A DNA stretch of 64,000 bases, from the NCBI RefSeq assembly GCF_018350175.1, contig NC_058368.1, positions 56,980,001-57,044,000 on the forward strand, in the 5' to 3' direction. The stretch's first letter is position 1. Every line of letters begins with the position of its first letter. This DNA comes from Felis catus. Taxonomy: Eukaryota. Below the pieces are notes generated by a model. It ran no database searches. It saw only the letters and a program-made list of their open reading frames with translations, and was not told where the DNA came from. Below, piece after piece: positions 63,393 through 64,000 of this stretch. The translations under genes and the position numbers were made by a program.

Positions 63393-64000
63393 CTGTGCTC
63401 TACAACTGAAATACCTAAATAAAAAATTCTTAAACAATGATATCCTTGTTTCTATATTTAAAACTTACTTATTGCCAAATTTTGACTAAAAATAGTTTAA
63501 TGTAGTGTTTTTATTATGAAATCACAATGCAGATGGACATATATTCCGGCGATGAAAAATTTATTCTCTTCTATTTTTTTATTCCTAAAATTAAGTATAA
63601 GCTATTATAAATAATGTAGCAGTTGCTACCATATGATCAGCATCATCAACAATGTAATACCATTATAATAAATATAAAGTAGTGTTTACACATATATATG
63701 AATTTACTTTAACCTGGTTATGAAAATGCAAAATACTTTGTCCTAACTCTGACAAGAAGTATATATTTCTATTTTGGGTGTAAATTGTATTGTTTCTAGC
63801 AAAGCTCTGTCTACTGACTATAACTACGTGTAAATAATATTGACTGATTCACATTCTCTAAAGTTAGTATAGAAGCTCTCTGTATTTTTTCAGACATTAA
63901 GGTTCTTTCTGTTTTAAGCCTATGGATGGCACTGATGACTGGGGAATACTGATAAACAGATTCATTTGTTGGAAGGCAGAGGAGATAATGAAGTGAAACA

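Overview
AT-rich, CpG-depleted, repeat-dense mammalian DNA. The carnivore SINE (CanSINE/SINEC) copies, including near-consensus felid-type ones, point to the cat family. I cannot support any intact protein-coding gene, RNA gene or CRISPR array. The listed ORFs are microsatellite or SINE read-throughs, decayed retroviral fragments, or chance ORFs. The window holds about 33 CanSINEs (several nested, tandem or inverted) and a decayed, near full-length ERV-L provirus at ~51.2-57.2 kb (LTR-gag-pro-pol-IN-dUTPase-LTR). It also holds two more ERV-L pol relics, a MaLR with internal sequence, solo LTRs (MLT1, MER34-, MER21- and LTR16-like), MIR/L2/L1 fragments and hAT MITEs. The best unique-sequence signal is a minus-strand candidate core promoter plus short non-coding first exon at ~30.47-30.65 kb (TATA, initiator at +30, myogenic-type E-boxes, strong GTAAGT donor); its gene is unidentified. 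Repeat families were assigned by eye from remembered consensus sequences, and boundaries of old repeats are approximate. I found no convincing novel biological system.
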